From assembly GCA_963693365.1 (NCBI GenBank), contig CAVNZM010000002.1, positions 13,239,615 through 13,303,614 of the forward strand: a stretch of DNA of 64,000 bases, given 5' to 3'. Positions 12,992 through 30,204 of this stretch are shown here, one piece after another. A model generated the notes under the pieces. It searched no databases. It was not told the origin of the DNA and was given only the letters and a program-made list of their open reading frames with translations. This DNA is from Amoebidium appalachense (taxonomy: Eukaryota > Protista > Ichthyosporea). The translations under genes and the position numbers were made by a program. Every line of letters starts with the position of its first letter. The first letter of the stretch is position 1.

Positions 12992-13952
12992 TGGCTGTGC
13001 CCGCCACCATTGCCTGCTGCAGCTGGTCTCTTGCCAGTAGCCCAACCAATCGCTTACCTGCACATCCAGTAAGTGTCGTCCTCCCCCACTCCCCCCCCCC
13101 CCCCTCTCTCTCCCCACCCCCTTCCCCCCTCCTCCTTCCCCCCCCCCCCCCCCCCCCCCTATCACACGCACACACCAGCACACCACCACCCCCGATGATA
13201 CGCCCTCCCCCTCCCCCTCCCCCCTCCCCCCCTCACCACTACCAACGCACACACACCACCACCAGCACCATCACCATCACCACCCACCCACCCACCCACG
13301 TACGTGCATTGATGACTGGGGTGGTGTCGAAGTCATTGACGTGCATCAACGACAGAGCCTCCTCACATGTGGCCGTGGGCAGCACAGACACGGGTGGTGG
13401 CAGGTCCAGATCCCCTGCACGTGCACACATGAGCACACAAACAAGGCACGAACATACGCAGACATACACGGACACAGACAGACACAGACACACATGCACA
13501 GGCACAGGCACGTGCGCGCGCGCGCGCACACACACACACACACACACGAGAGAGAGAGAGGGAGGGAGGGAGGGAGGGAGGGAGGGAGGGAGGGAGGGAG
13601 GGAGGGAGGGAGGGAGGGAGGGAGGGAGGGAGGGAGGGCCCCAGGCACGCCGCACTTGAGGACATTATCATCACAAAAGATATCAGACACATCAGTTAAA
13701 AAGTAACTTTGCTACACACTCAAAAACAAGGAACACAACAAACTTCAATGTAGCAGTGCACGGCATGCATGCACACCGCTGCATACCACGTGCCCACCTG
13801 TTTGGTCCTTCCATAACACAACAAAGTGCATGATGCTCTTTCACCAGTGCTACCATTTCCCTCCATTTACTAATTGCACGACCATCCCCCCCCCCCCCTC
13901 CCCCTTCCTCCCTTCCCCCCCCTCCGCCCCCCCCCTCCCCCCTTCCTCCCCT

Positions 13953-13984
<32 letters not shown>

Positions 13985-14134
13985 TTCCCCCCCCCCTTCG
14001 GCCATTCAAAGCAACAACAACAACAACAACAACAACAACAACCCTACCCCTCTTTAAAAAAACAAAAAAGGAAAAACGAAAGGAAGGAAAGAAGAAAGAA
14101 AAGAAAGAAGCGGATCAAGAAAGGAGAACAGAAA

Positions 14135-14175
<41 letters not shown>

Positions 14176-14696
14176 GAGGGAGGGGGGGGGGGGGATGGGG
14201 GAGAAAGATAAAAACAAAAAGACGAACAGGACATCCAACACCACGCTACACCTACCGACTGCGGCACCCCTCCACTTGTCCTGTGCCTGCCCCCCAGCAC
14301 TAGCACTCTCCACCACATAGCCCTGGTCTTGCATCCACTCATCACTGGGGGAAGAGGGGGGGGGGGGGAGGGGGGGCAGTGTCAGCCATGGGCACACCAT
14401 TATCTCCTGGTCGTGTAGCCAATGACCAAAAAGATAGGGGTGTATTACATCTGTATATGTACATATCCATCGGGCCCATGTCGTGTCACAAGATACGTCG
14501 GACGGAGCGGCCAATCACATTGGGAGGATCCTCATCCCAACTTTATCTCAGCCAAGAGGTTGGATACATGGAAACAAAACCGCCCGAGGCCTCTCCTTCA
14601 CACTCCTAAGCCTGTGTATGCGCCCTCACTCCGCCCATCCCTTCGGTCCCTCCCCACTCCCCCCCCCCCCCCCCCCCTCCCCGCCACCACCACCAC

Positions 14697-14727
<31 letters not shown>

Positions 14728-15508
14728 CCACCACCACCACCACCATTGCACACACACACACACAGGAGGAGAGAGAGAGGCACAAACACAAACATCCACA
14801 CATGCACACACACAGAGGCACAACATCCACACATCCATGCCAACACTGCTATAAACACACGGCGAACAAGCACATTTACGGCACACACAAGCAACACCCA
14901 TTCATACAACACAAGCACACACACCTCAGCACTGTGTCCGTGTAGGGGCCCAGGGGGTCAGGCAGCAGCAGCAGACATCTTTGGCCCTGGCCCAGCCCCT
15001 TGGCTGCCTCCAGCCCAGCTGCAAGCACAGCCCCAGACATCACCCCTGTGCACACAGTGGGTTAGAGTCGTTGCGAAACTCTGCCTCTTATTGTCCGCTT
15101 CAAACCAATTTTCTTTCCGTTTCTCGGGCACGCCATGACAGAGAAAAACTCACACACACACCGTGACGCACGTGCTTGGACATTCCACGCGCATGCAAAT
15201 ACACATAGACGCTAGCACAGACACACACACACCCACCCACCCACACATGCGCATTAAGCCGAAACCCCTCTCCCTCCCCCCCACCCCCCACCCGTCTTCC
15301 TGGAAACACGTACTAACTACAAGTTCCTTCCCTGCCGTCCGTTTCCCACGACCACCCCACCCTTCCCTTAGTGGGTTTGCATGCATGCATGCACCGACCC
15401 CCGAGAATGGCGTGTGTTGCCACTAGCTGTCTGCAGCACACGTGTGCCTGTCTGTCTGTCACCTCCGCCCACACATCGGCTTGACCTCTCTGCAACCCGA
15501 GTCACATT

Positions 15509-15551
<43 letters not shown>

Positions 15552-15584
15552 TCCCCTCCCCTCCCCCTACCACCACTACGGGAG

Positions 15585-15623
<39 letters not shown>

Positions 15624-17605
15624 TTGCACAACCACCCACCACCACCACCACGACCAGTGCCGCCAGCACCAACATCACACACCAAAGAATGGATGGGGAA
15701 AAAATGCGACCAACCCTAAACAACACCAGTGAACCCACTGAACACACATGAAAAGCCATCAGATAAGATAGGCTCTGAAAGTGGCAGTAAACTAGACATA
15801 CAAGCAGCACCCTATAATAGACACCATGAAGAAACCGGGACACATATCACACACGCAGTCGCCTCAGCCATTCTCCCCTTCCTAGAGGCTCCCTACTCTC
15901 CCTACACACATGCTCAAAAACAGACCAAAACAAGTACGCGTGTTTGCCAGCATGCAGGCAGGCAGGCAGGCACACACACACGCACACACACACACGCACA
16001 CACACACATACACCCACACCCACACACACATGGCCCCAGGCGCCCACCTTTTTCTGGTCGTCAACCACCACCCCCACCACCTGCCATCCCCACCGCGTCA
16101 GTAATCATTCTCACTCTCTTATATCCGAATAAACATCCCATCGGACCTCGTCACCACCTCCCCCCTCCCCCCACCCACCCACCCTCCCTTCCCCCCCTCC
16201 GTCCCTCTCCCCCCTCCTTCACCCCCTACCCCACACCCCTTCCCTCTCCACCCCTTCTCTACTTCCCCGCTATCTCTTCACCCGGTAACCTCCCCACTAG
16301 TCTAGTCTATCACATCATGTTGTTCCAAACCTTCGGGCCCAACCAGTACATCCCCTCCCCACTCCACCCCCCTCCCTCCCACCCCCCTCCCCCCCCCGGC
16401 CCCGCAAACACACACCACCAAAAGGAAAAGAACGAAAAAGAGCAAAAGACCACCCACGCACCTTGCAGCCTGCATGCCTGGCCTTAATAGCTGCAGCCAG
16501 TCTCAGTGAGGGCACACCCCAGGCCACCACCATGTCCACCTGTGCCCCTCCCTTTTGTCCACATACAGATTCCCTTTGGGTGAAGCCCCCCTCCAACCCC
16601 CCCCCCCCCCCCCTCCCCCCCCCCCCCCTCCCCCACCACCTCTCCCTTCCCCCTCTCTCCCCGCCACCGCCGACTCCCGCCACTCGCCCCGGATACTCTC
16701 CCAACCACTGAAAAGGTATATGTGTGCACATGAACACACACACATTATCCACAAAAGCACATAACACACACACACACACACACACACCCACCCACCCACC
16801 CACCCACCCACCCACCCACCCACCCACCCACCCACCCACCCACCCACACATGTAATTTCCGTCATAATGAGCTCGTCCTTCCGCCCGTCCACCTGCCCAC
16901 CCATCCGCCCACCCGCATGCACCCAAATCACTCTCGTACCTGTGGTGCGCCCTCTGGCAGCACGCTGTTGGCCTGGTCGGCAAATGGCTGCTCAGGCAGG
17001 CCCAGGCAGGCGTCATCCTGTGCAGGCAGTAAGTGGGTCGGGTCACAGGCACGTACATGTGCGCATGTATAGGCTATAGGCTCACTTGCACACACACATG
17101 TGTATTAAACTTCAACCCCTCAAACACCTTCTCATCCAAACCAACACACAAACTACCCCCCCCCCCCCCCCCCCCCCGTCCTTCCCTCCTCGGTAGCTAC
17201 TAGAGACAGACAAGCGCACACATACAACCAGCACCCCACTTCCTCCCTCTCTTTGCCTTATGCTAGCACCAAGCCCCCCCTCCCCCCCCTCCCCTTTCCC
17301 CCATTCCCCATCCCCCCCGCTCCCCCCACCCCCTTCACACCCACCCACCCAGCCAGCACCCCTCTTTCCACCCACAGACCACATCATTCATACACAGGGC
17401 TAGTCTCAGCTGCTGTGCCAGCTACAACGACCCCCCTCCTCCTCCCCCCCCCCCCCCCCGGTCCCCCCTTCACCCCCCCCTCCTCTCTCTCCTTCCCCCC
17501 TCCCCTCCCCCTTCCCACACCCACCCACCCACCCCATCTCCTCACCCACATACCATATCATTCACACACAAGGCCGGTCTCAGCTGCTGTGCCAGCTACC
17601 ACCAC

Positions 17606-17656
<51 letters not shown>

Positions 17657-18356
17657 CCAAAAAAACAAACAAAAAAAAAACAAACAAAAAAAACAAACGA
17701 AAAAAAAAACAAAAACACACACACACACACAAGCACACACCCCTCCCTCCACCACATACCATATCATTCACACACAGGGCCGGTCTCAGTTGCTGTGCCA
17801 GCTGCAGGGCCAAACCGTGGCATGTTTCTGCCCCACTGGCCGAGTAGGCCTTGACCACCTCACAGCCACATGCACGCAGTACTGCTGTCTGTGTTTTTAA
17901 GGAGAATGTGAGTGATATGTTTTATGTTCAAAACGTTGTATTAAGTTTTTCATGGTGATAATATGTGAATCGTTGGGAGATGTGAGCAATATGTTTTATG
18001 TTGAATATGGTGTGCTTGGACTCACTTTACTTAGATGTGAGATCTGAGAAATCAGTTTTACGTTCAATATGTTGTGATTAGATTCATTGTGATAATAGGG
18101 ACATGTTCGAAGATGTGAGAAATACGTTATGTTTATACCAGGATCCTTAATTATCTAGGGGCCTAATAATAGAAATGCGAGATGTCTGCAATACATAGCA
18201 TAGAATGGCTTGCTAAATTCCGACGGCTAAGGGATCTGGGTGTTTTCCCGGCTACTAATCAACTAAATCAACGCGAAGTACACCCTCATACTGAACTAAA
18301 AGTGGGAAACAAAAAGAAGGCAATGTGTACAAAAAGAGCTTCTTGTGTTACCCCCC

Positions 18357-18406
<50 letters not shown>

Positions 18407-18912
18407 ACGCACACACACACCACGCACACACACATCACACCCACACACCCACCCATTCCTTCCACACAGACATACATACAGGAATACCCTACTCAACCTC
18501 AGTAATCAAAATCCAATATCCATGAATGTCCTTTACCATGTGCAACCCTTCTCCCTCTCCCTGCTTCTCCTTAGCCCTTACTCCCCTCCCATTCATTCCT
18601 TTTTCCCATACTCCCCCCCCTGGCCAACTAACCCCCCCCCCCCCCCCCCCCCCCCCCAACACACACACACACACACACACACAAAAACAAAAAACAAAAA
18701 AAAAAACACCCACCTAACTGCTCTCACACATACCTCGAACTCGCCTCCTCTCCCTCTCCCCTCCTTCTACTCCAGCTATCCACACTCCATAAATCCCCCC
18801 CCCCCCCCCCCCCCCCTCCCCCCCTTCCCCTCCTCCCCCACACCCACAACCCATCCCCCCTCACATCTTTTTACCTACACATGCCACCGTCCCCCCCCCC
18901 CCTCCTCCCCAC

Positions 18913-18944
<32 letters not shown>

Positions 18945-19332
18945 ACACACACACACATACCCTTCCCCTCCCCCCGCCCCAAACCATGCCCCCTCCTCCC
19001 TTTCCCCACACCAACCCTATCCCCCCCCCCCCCCCCCCCCCCCCCCACACACACACCCACACACACAGACGTACCTCTCTAGCGCTGTAGTGGTCTGTGA
19101 CCACAGCCACCACCTGTCTCCCCTGTGCACATGCAGACAGTGCCAGCCCTGTGCTCTGCCCACGTGCAATTCCCACGACCACACTGCCATTCCCCTGTGC
19201 ACCTGAAAAACCAAAAAAATAGTGTATGTTAGTGGGTGTGTTGTGTGTATGCACACACCTATTTTTTACACCCAAGCGGTATATGTCTGCAGACTTCTAA
19301 GTACATACACAAGATCCATATAAACCTATCAG

Positions 19333-19363
<31 letters not shown>

Positions 19364-20319
19364 CCTCCCCCGGCCTTCCCCTTCCCCGCATCCTCTGCCC
19401 TCTCCACACCTCTCAACCTCCTCCCCTTCCTCTCCATCCAACCCCTCCCCCCTCCCCCTCCCCCCCCCCCAAGTGTGCAGTGCCCACAACCACTCTTTCA
19501 TTGTCTTACACACCTGTTGAAGCATAAAAGTTAGGGTGGCACGCTTATAAGCTCATGGATACACCCCTGTGCTATTTAGCACTCTAAACCACTATGAAAT
19601 TCAGGTCGCCTATTACACCTCCCCCCTCGCCACCAACCCCACCACCCCCATTCCCATTCCTTCCCCCCGCCCCTCCCCCCCACCTCCCACCTCTCCCCTC
19701 CCCCTGTCCTTTTCGTCCTCTTTACCCTCTTTGACTTGTTTCCGCACACCACCAGGGCCTATAACCCCCTCCCCCCCCCCCCCCCCCCCCTTCCCCCCAC
19801 CCACCCACCCCCCCATTCCCCCCCCCCCCAACCTCCGCCCAGCCCAAAAAAAAGGAAAATAAAATAAAATGAAATTAAAAAGAAAGCGCAACAGCCTGGC
19901 TGTATACAATACGGCCAATTCAAGCCATACTTACTGCACTCCCGATCGTTCTGTATGCAAGCCCTCATTCCTAAAACCCAAACCTTTTTTTTGTTTTCCC
20001 CCATCTCACCCGGTCGGTTCTTTTCATTCCTTTTTTCATTCTTAATTAAAAAACTTGGGAAGTTTCAAAAGGGGGAGACACGCTCACTCACTTTGGAGGA
20101 GGCTTTGTGACGTGCTGTCTCCGATGTAACCTGTGTGAGACACAAACCCACAGTATGCCACTGTGGAGGGAGAGAGTAAGCGTATGTGTTGGTGCCTGTG
20201 TGGTTCATGCGTTTCGAAGCGTGCTTGTTTTTAAGTAGGTAGTTGTGTTTCTTTTGTGTATCGGTGCCGGTACGTGTGTCTTGTGTTTTTGTACATGTTT
20301 TGTGTTTCTTTGTACCTGG

Positions 20320-20385
<66 letters not shown>

Positions 20386-20440
20386 CGGGGGGGGGGGGGA
20401 TGTGTGTGTGTGTGTGTGTATGTGTCTGCGACATACACAC

Positions 20441-20539
<99 letters not shown>

Positions 20540-20679
20540 TGTGTCTGTCTGTCTGTCTGTCTGCCTGTGTATGTGTGTGCGTGTGTGTATGTGTGTGTGC
20601 ATGTGTGCGGGCAGGCGTGCGTGCGGGTGTGCGTGGGTGCTTGCGGGTGGGCAGGTGGGCAGGTGGGCGGGTGCGTGCG

Positions 20680-20715
<36 letters not shown>

Positions 20716-21814
20716 GTGTGTGTGTGTGTGTACGCGCGCACGCGTGTGTGTGTGTGTACGCGCGCACGCGTGTGTGTGTGTGTCCGCGCTGATGTGCTTG
20801 TCAGCGTGTATGGCAGGCCGCACCATGCATACTTGCATAATGGCCGCGTAACTAGGTGGGTATGGGTATGCGTGTGGTGCACCCGCAGGAGAGTTAATAG
20901 GAACGGGAGAAGGGAGAGGGGGAAGGGGGGAGAAAGAGAGAGTAAGGGAGGAGGGAATGGAAGAGGGCCCGGCAGGGGGGGGGAGGAAGAGAGGAGGGAG
21001 AAACGGAGGGAGTTAAAGGAGGCAGGGGAGAGAGGGGGGGAGGAGCTGGGGGGAGGGGGGGGGGGGTGACAGGGAGGGAGAGGGACGAAGGGGTGGTGGT
21101 GGGGGGGGGTTGGGGAGGGGAGAGGAGGGGGAGGGGGGAAGGGGGAAGGAAGATCTCGGGAGAACAAACACGTGTCACACCCAGGTTACACTAGATGTGA
21201 CACCTTTTGAAGGTTTCGATGTGAGAAAAACCAATTGTTGGGCTGAGAAGTAGTAGGATAGGGAAGTGGAAAGCGTGAATTGAAAACAAAAATGGAGGAG
21301 AATATAGACAGGTCACCAGAGTCCAGTCCTACACAGGATGAGGGTGGGGGAAAGGCACTAAGTTACAGATCGAAGCATAGGTGACAGAGATAAGACGGCC
21401 AGAACCCACGTGGGGGCGGGGGCTGTGCGCACGTGTTTGTGTCTGGGTGTTTTGCATGTGTGGAGAAGGGAGGGGGTGAGAGAGGGGGAAGGGAGAGGGA
21501 GGGAGGGGGGGGGAGGATCCGGATAGAGACGTTATGGAGACATTAGGCAGAGAACAGAGGGGGAATAAAAGGCAGAGAGAGAGAGATGACAAGTGCTGTA
21601 GTTGAGACGTAAGCTATATACTGCAACGGTGACAGGACAATAACCGTTCAAATTGAGTGTGAGCTATAGAAGCGATTCTAGCTATACGTGTTAGGCCATG
21701 GAGAATGAGAACGAAACCAATCCTCTCCCTTGTGCTACCCTACTTGCCTAGCTCGCAGGCCAGCGACTCGGCACCCAGAGCCGCAGGGCGCAGCGAAACC
21801 AGAGTTTCTGCCAT
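11199..21814 (-). CDS. Cystathionine beta-synthase-like protein (PALP fold plus C-terminal CBS pair), ~427 aa, predicted catalytically inactive
   Basis: 14 phase-compatible exons: 21748-21814, 20092-20160, 19075-19202, 17760-17888, 16940-17017, 16462-16539, 16048-16080, 15399-15489, 14925-15045, 14256-14344, 13304-13414, 12990-13057, 12068-12187, 11199-11300. CBS-like segments include VLRACGCEVV, GLGQGQRCLLLLPD, LSDEWMQDQGY, LPPPVSVLPTATCEEALSLM..DFDTTPV and LGVVTKVDLL. Confidence 0.8.
17380..17806 (-). repeat. Triplicated ~50-bp exon 3' end plus donor of CBS-like exon 4
   Basis: (-) gctggcacagca(a/g)ctgagacc/t.gccc/ttgtgt(g/a)tgaatgat.tggt.tgtgg occurs at ~17752-17806 (true exon end), ~17547-17598 and ~17372-17424. 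Confidence 0.8.
17902..18135. repeat. Degenerate AT-rich tandem repeat (~60-75-bp unit, ~4 copies), intronic
   Basis: Recurrent gatgtgag..atatgttttatgtt.aa.atg.tgt. Confidence 0.65.
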
Positions 21815-22457
21815 AGTCACTATAGGTTAATGGGTAACAGAAGAACCAAAAGGAAAACTGAAAGCCATACACGTGCACTGATGAAACGTGAAGGAAACGT
21901 GGCGCCGGTTTTTCTTTTCAGGCTGGAAACTTTCCTGTTACGCCCCATGGATGATATGTTGTTGCATGGCATGCGTGCGCTACGGAAAGGTAGCCCTACG
22001 TAATCGGTTCAGGTTCCTGCCGGGGCGCCCGTCACGATTGCACCGATCGGTCCTTTTTGCCGGGGCCTGGGAGGGAGGGAAGGAGGCACATCACGGCCAA
22101 AGATCTTAGCCATGAGGCACATGCATACTATGAGCTGTAGAATGTGACAAACAAATGGCACAAAAACAACTCAAAAAGTGTTAGCTCATAGGAGAACACA
22201 ATCTATGTACGGGGTCCGGTGTAAACGTTAACACCCACGAGACCCACGCTGGTTCTTTTATTTAACATTTCTGCAGGCCTGCGCGGCCGCCTGTCATATG
22301 GACAGGCCTAGATACTTCTACTCTTGTTTTTTTTTTTTAAGGAGCACTTCATACGCGTGCAGCACAGGCGCTAACTATACATGGTGCTGAAAGTCATTCA
22401 CAGCACAACCAACACTACATAATTGCGTCATAGTTAACCTTCATCAGAACCAACCAA

Positions 22458-22488
<31 letters not shown>

Positions 22489-22619
22489 ATCCCCCCTACC
22501 ACACACAGCACTGGCCAATACTATATGCGCCATATGGGTACCTTTATCAGCAGCTCCCCCACCCCCAACTACCACCACCACACCCACACAGCAAAAACTT
22601 GAACAAAAAACCCCACCCG

Positions 22620-23250
22620 CTACATAAGCAGCTGCAAATTTCTCATACTCTTTGACCTCTGCGGTACGCCGCTACTCTCCACAACAGGCATACTCCTACT
22701 AAAAAACTCCCTTATGGCCGTGTCCGTTATGCTCAAATCATAATCAACCAAAGCCAAAAACGCCCTCTCCATGTGCCTCAATTCCTCCGGCCCCACCGCA
22801 GCCAACCTACACCAACTTCTCAAATTGTACGTGTTGTCCATCAAAACCTTCCCAGCAACCATTAATGCAGCACCAAAAAGGTGTGCACGTCTCCACATCC
22901 CCTTCCTATTGTGTGCAGCGAGCAGGTCTCTACCCCTGTGCATGTATATGAGCGTGCACACGAGCACGCTTGGCCATATCTGGCCCAGTCTGAGGGTCCT
23001 CTCCACATAGCTGCCTAGTGCCTCCCTGCTGTCGGTGTCGTAGTCGGGCCGTGGCCATGTGTCTAACAGTGCAATGGTTTTGTCTGTCGTGTCAAGAAAA
23101 AAAAATATTAGTCATGCAATTGGAAGGTCTTATCCTCCCCCCCCTTCCCCCCTCTCCTCCACCCCCACACACACCGTTTCAAAAATGAGAGATAGAGAGA
23201 GAGGAGAGAGAGAGGGTGGGGGGGGGGGGGGGGAGAGGGGGGAGGGGAAA

Positions 23251-23317
<67 letters not shown>

Positions 23318-23503
23318 AGGGTGAGAGAGAGAGAGAGAAGAAAAGAAAATAAAAAGAAACGAAATAGAGAAAGAGGAGGAAAAAACACATGCACACACCA
23401 GCACAAACGAAGGATCGGATGCATGATGCACACGGCTAATGCTTTCAAGTCCATACCCATCCCCGGGCCTGGAACCACATGACAGTCCCCCCCCGCTCCC
23501 CCA

Positions 23504-23540
<37 letters not shown>

Positions 23541-24093
23541 AGAAAAAGAAAAATAAAGGGGGGGGGGGGAGGGGTTTGAATGCGTCAAAAAGTACGAAGT
23601 ACACAAGAACAAACGGATAACACGATGCAGAATGCAAGCCATACATAAAGAGTATGCATAATAAGCAGAGCCCATCCTCAGGGGTGGCCCACGTCATCCA
23701 CAGTACCCGAGTTTCGACGGGGGGATGATGAAGAAGAAGAAGAAAGGCAGAAAACGAAAAGAAAGAGGGGGAAAGAAAAAGAAGAAAAAGGGCAAAATAA
23801 ATGTGACCCCCTCCCCTTCCCCCTTCCCCCCCCCCCCCCCCCCCCCCCCCACACACACACACCCACCCACCCACCAAAACATAATAAAATAAAAAAAAGG
23901 AAAAGAAAATAAAAAGAAAAGGGGGGAAATGAAAAGAATGGGGGGAAAAAAGAAGGGAAAAGATAGACGCGAAACCTCTCTCTCCCCCCCCCCCCCCCCC
24001 ACCTTTCCCCTCAAATACACACACACACAAGAGAAAAAGAAGAGAAAAGGGTGAAAAAAAATAAGGAAAAAAATCACAAGACAGACGTGAAAC

Positions 24094-24143
<50 letters not shown>

Positions 24144-24968
24144 AAAAAAAAAAGAAAACCTCTCCCCTTCCCCACAACCCCTCCACACCCACCCACCCAC
24201 CCATCCACCCACCCACACCAAAAAAAAAAAAAGAGAGAGAAAAAAAAGAAAGAAAGAAAGAAAGAAAGACAGAAAGAAAGAAAAGAAAGAAAAAGGAAAA
24301 GAAAAAAGATAGAAACAAAGGAGAAAAAAATGAGAAAGAATTACAACACAACACTAAATACTTACCCAAACCATGCTGATTATATTTACCCCCCTCCCCC
24401 CCTTCCCCTTCCTCCTCCTCATTCCCCATTCAAACAAACATGCACACACACGCACGGGCGCGCACACACTCACACCCACGCATGCGCGCGCGTGCGTGCG
24501 CGCGCACACACACACACACACACACACCGCACACGCATGCACACGAACGCACACCCGCCCGCACACCCGCACACCCGCACACCAACACCACAGCCCACCA
24601 TCACATAGACACGGGAGCAGCACACATACACACACACACACAATAAATAAATAAATGAATAAATAAATAAAATAAAACCACGCTCCACGTACCAATCAAA
24701 AAGCGAGGTATGGTGCCAGTCTCCTCGCAATATGCAAGATACTGGTCTGGGCTCAGATGGGGGAACGGGTCAACCTCCGGCGGGGCACCGGCCGCCTTTA
24801 CAGCCCGAAAGTCTTCGAGCCCAAAAACATCGGCCCCAGCCAGACTCAAAGGTCCGGCTGCACCGGCCCCCCGCCCCCCAGTCTGCACATCGGCAGCCAC
24901 CGTGGTCTGTGTACGTGTGTATATGTGTGAGTACGTGTGTGTGTGTGTGTGTCTGTGTTGGGCGGGGC

Positions 24969-25039
<71 letters not shown>

Positions 25040-25164
25040 GACGGGTGTGTTCGTGTTCTGCCTGTATGTGTGCGCGAGTGTATATTTGTATGTGTGCAAG
25101 TGTGTGTGTGCATGCGCACTTGCAAAGTGCAATATTTCATGAAGGTGACCCTTCTCAGAATCAT
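22620..25164 (-). CDS. Pho80/PCL-type cyclin
   Basis: Exons 25120-25164 (start tentative), 24693-24906 and 22620-23083. Cyclin box SVLVCTLIYMHR..LFGAALMVAGKVLMDNTYNLRSW..ELRHMERAFLALVDYDL. A gtaagt donor at ~25846 may end a 5'UTR exon. Confidence 0.8.
23575..23718 (-). mobile_element. SINE-like interspersed repeat, 5'-truncated copy A
   Basis: Nearly identical to 38710-38853; C-runs on both sides on the - strand; lies in the cyclin intron. Confidence 0.7.
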
Positions 25165-25507
25165 AGGACTGGCCAATTATTTGCCAGCCTCGTGCACAAT
25201 ATCATTTTTCAACCGTGTTTGCACATACATTCCCCTTTTTCGTGCCAACTCTATTTACTCACCCCCTTTCCGTGCCCTTCATGTTTTCCTTATTCGCAGC
25301 AGACTGTGCCAGGCGCAGTATGCAACCCCTCGACAGTCCACACATACCCACACACCACACATGGGACAGCCATGCCGGCCTCACCTACACGTGCCACAAA
25401 GAAAAACCCTCTGCCATTCCTCAAAATCAACACAAAAGCACACCACAACACACCCTACAGGCCACATCGTGCACGTGCAACTGCAATAGAGCCCTTGTCC
25501 ATGCACT

Positions 25508-25613
25508 TTGAGTACACACTCGCACGCACGTACTTGAACAATGTGTGCAAACACGCACTATGTTGAGTACACACTCGCACGCACGTACTTGAACAAAATG
25601 TGCAAACACGCAC
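25508..25613. repeat. Tandem duplication, ~55-bp unit x2
   Basis: ttgagtacacactcgcacgcacgtacttgaacaa..tgtgcaaacacgcac occurs twice. Confidence 0.85.
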
Positions 25614-26190
25614 ACTGTCATGCACACCCACGCCAGCCACACACAGATCTGCAGCGGAAAAGACAGGAAAAAAGACATGCCTCCGGTGCACAAAACAGCG
25701 TTGTGTTCCTTTCGCCAAATACAGTGCAAGAGGTATCCTCTCCCCCAATCCCCCCTCCCCCCTCCCCTGCAGAAAGCAAACAAGACGGTGCAATAAGGAA
25801 GACTCTACGGGTTGCCAGAGCTTAAAAGGGATAAGAAGGCACTTACGGCTCCGCAGACTCCAGCGCCTGAACGCGTTACTTTCTCAAAGCACCCCAGTTT
25901 GAAGTTTAAAAAGTAGATTTGCGACTATGAAGAGTGGGGATTGAAGGATGCGTACACAGCTGTGTGCGCAGCGCGGTGCACGTGCTGGCAGATAAACCAT
26001 GTAAACTAACAAAGCGAATCACTCATATAAGTGTGGCGATAGCGCTATTGCTAAGATCTCTTTTTACCACTGAAAAGAGGCCGAGGAGTACAGATGGATT
26101 TATGGCAGTCCTCAAACTTTTAACTTCTGCCCCGTATTTGACCTTGATTGTGGCAACTTTGAGGTCGAAAAGTGCAGCAGCAGCCTAATG

Positions 26191-26302
26191 ATGGCAAGTT
26201 CAATTGATGATGAAAAGAAAAAATGTCAGTCTATTCCGTTATGATGATAAATATGGCAAGTTCAATTGATGATGAAAAGAAAAATGTCAGTCTATTCCGT
26301 TA
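26191..26302. repeat. Tandem duplication, ~62-bp unit x2
   Basis: atggcaagttcaattgatgatgaaaagaaaaa(a)tgtcagtctattccgtta at 26191 and 26253. Confidence 0.9.
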
Positions 26303-27091
26303 ACAATATGATAAATGGTCGCCTGCACAACGTTCTTTACACCTTGAGAAAAAGTATTAATAGTGTGTTACTGCAGCTGTGCTTAGTTGTATCGGACGAC
26401 TCCGTGTACATACTGAGTCATTCAGCTGAGAGTCATATTCACTCAGAAAGCAAAAACTGCGTTTAGTACAAACGGTTGTATAGGTACATGGTTTATACCC
26501 AATCAAAAAAGTTAAACGTAGATTTTCAGTTAGTAATCCAATCATTTTGTGGGTGTGCGAATCTAACACCCAACCAAACGCTTGCCTTTAGTAGCCATGT
26601 AGTCTTCTCAGATAGGCCTAATCGTTTTCCTAATCAGACATGAAATTATCAACTAACCAATGGGTAGCCTCTTTTTAATATTACAGCTTTTTTTAGCATT
26701 AGAAATCATGTCTGTATGTCGCCGTTCTGTTCGCGGCACATTTCAAGTGGCACATGTGTTGTTTCCAGGGTGTCGGTCAACTTGGAAACCGTCATATGAA
26801 TATAACTTCCTCAAGCATTCTTTTTAAGCCCCCAGCCTTTAATAATAATAATATCAAAAATTTCCCACCTGTATACACACTGCTTAGCCGAGCTCTAGAG
26901 AATAGGAGTAGGCGGTGGTGGAAGCGAACAGGTGTTACCTCGATTGTGTCGCTCCTTTTTCGAATTATAACAACGGGGAATTCCCACGCATTAGCGCCAA
27001 CATTCAAATCCTTTGTGCAGAACCATAACCTTAACAGTGAACACACGCTTCGTACACGCACACACAGTTCGTTTAGAGCGTTCACTGCACG

Positions 27092-30204
<3,113 letters not shown>

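Noticed and set aside
26069-26243. EEYRWIYGSPQTF resembling a C-type lectin WxDGS motif
   Set aside because: The frame is short and stop-bounded, with no other lectin motifs or splice support.
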